Part shown: positions 16,579 through 17,017 of the stretch, in pieces
How the letters are laid out: every line of letters starts with the position of its first letter
How positions within the stretch are numbered: the stretch's first letter is position 1
DNA from: a virus
Lineage: Monodnaviria; Loebvirae; Hofneiviricota; Faserviricetes; Tubulavirales; Inoviridae
Length of the DNA: 17,017 nt
Reading direction: 5' to 3' (one strand)
Virus record (IMG/VR): IMGVR_UViG_2721755645_000001
Notes under the pieces: model-generated
What the model was told of the DNA's origin: nothing
What the model saw: the letters and a program-made list of their open reading frames with translations, nothing else
Database searches by the model: none
Program-made: the position numbers and the translations under genes

Positions 16579-17017
16579 ATTTCGTACGCACGAAATTTCA
16601 CGCATAAACACCAGACAAAAAATCGTTAACTGTCTGTTTTGAAAGATAACGCCGGTCAGTGACAAAACTTGTTTTGTTGCTGTCCGGGGTTGGCCAAGCC
16701 GTACAGTTTCCATTTTCAGCGTTATGGCTGATTCGGCGCGGCAGCATTCATCGGGCCTTATCATGGAAAAATTCATGACACATCAGGAGCATGGTGATGG
16801 CACTGAAGAAGTGGTGTTTGATTCTCGTGTATCAGGTACAGATTTACCAACTAACTGGATGAACAGGCCTGATTGGTGAGGTCAGGCCGTTCACTTACTG
16901 CTGACAGACATTTGATTCTGATTCGTTTGGAGAAACGGATGATTTTGAATCACTGTCGATAGTAGCCAGTTGACGGCCAGTGTCAACGATTCCCGCCAGA
17001 TTCTGCCATCCTTACCA

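Larger units (their letters stand above)
1..17017. repeat. Tandem direct duplication of the prophage unit (offset 7734 bp up to position 6062, 8917 bp thereafter, 9290 bp after the second indel)
   Basis: ORF-track translations are identical between copies for the 309, 139, 148, 350, 105, 83, 77, 570 and 414 aa proteins; junction sequences were aligned by eye. Confidence 0.95.
7735..17017 (+). mobile_element. Filamentous (Inoviridae-like) prophage, copy 2; apparently complete unit (9283 bp)
   Basis: Complete module gII-like, gV-like, small hydrophobic ORF, gVIII-like, gIII-like, gVI-like, gI (Walker A GIPGSGKS), gIV secretin, plus repressor and cargo genes on the minus strand. Confidence 0.8.

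Noticed and set aside
16399-16776. Minus-strand 125-aa ORF overlapping the 82-aa gene
   Set aside because: It spans the copy-specific indel boundary, its copy-1 counterpart is not preserved in frame, and it is antisense to an ORF with a good Shine-Dalgarno; judged less likely than the plus-strand 82-aa gene.
1-17017. Possibility that the large direct repeats represent a CRISPR array, IS element or assembly duplication artefact
   Set aside because: The repeats are about 7.7-9.3 kb gene-bearing units, not short spacer-separated repeats; no transposase or terminal inverted repeats are present. The copies differ by specific indels, which argues against a simple assembly duplication, though only read-level data could exclude it.

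Overview
The window is two head-to-tail copies of one filamentous (Inoviridae-type) prophage. Copy 1 is 1..7734 and copy 2 is 7735..17017, and each copy begins with a dif-like XerC/XerD site (3..34 and 7737..7768), as expected for a Xer-integrating filamentous phage inserted in tandem at a chromosomal dif. The plus strand carries a canonical Ff-like gene order: replication initiator, small ssDNA-binding-like protein, small hydrophobic protein, major coat protein, terminator, pIII-like adsorption protein, pVI-like protein, Zot/pI-like assembly ATPase, pIV secretin. The minus strand carries an XRE-type HTH repressor divergent from the replication gene, then a 4-TM membrane protein and a 309-aa AT-rich cargo protein next to the att site. 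The shared ORFs translate identically in both copies, but the copies differ by three indels. Copy 1 has lost 1183 bp that remove gene I and the 3' end of gene VI, so it is assembly-defective. Copy 1 also lacks a 373-bp segment that in copy 2 encodes an 82-aa basic protein, and it carries one extra 7-bp repeat unit. The most interesting candidate for an undescribed system is the minus-strand cargo pair (101..1536, repeated at 7835..9270). The 309-aa protein has a C-terminal R-x5-H motif compatible with a HEPN-type RNase fold, which would suggest a prophage-borne abortive-infection or exclusion module, but this is inference from a short motif. No rRNA, tRNA, CRISPR array or transposase was seen. 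Product names rest on sequence motifs, size, hydrophobicity and synteny; no database search was possible.
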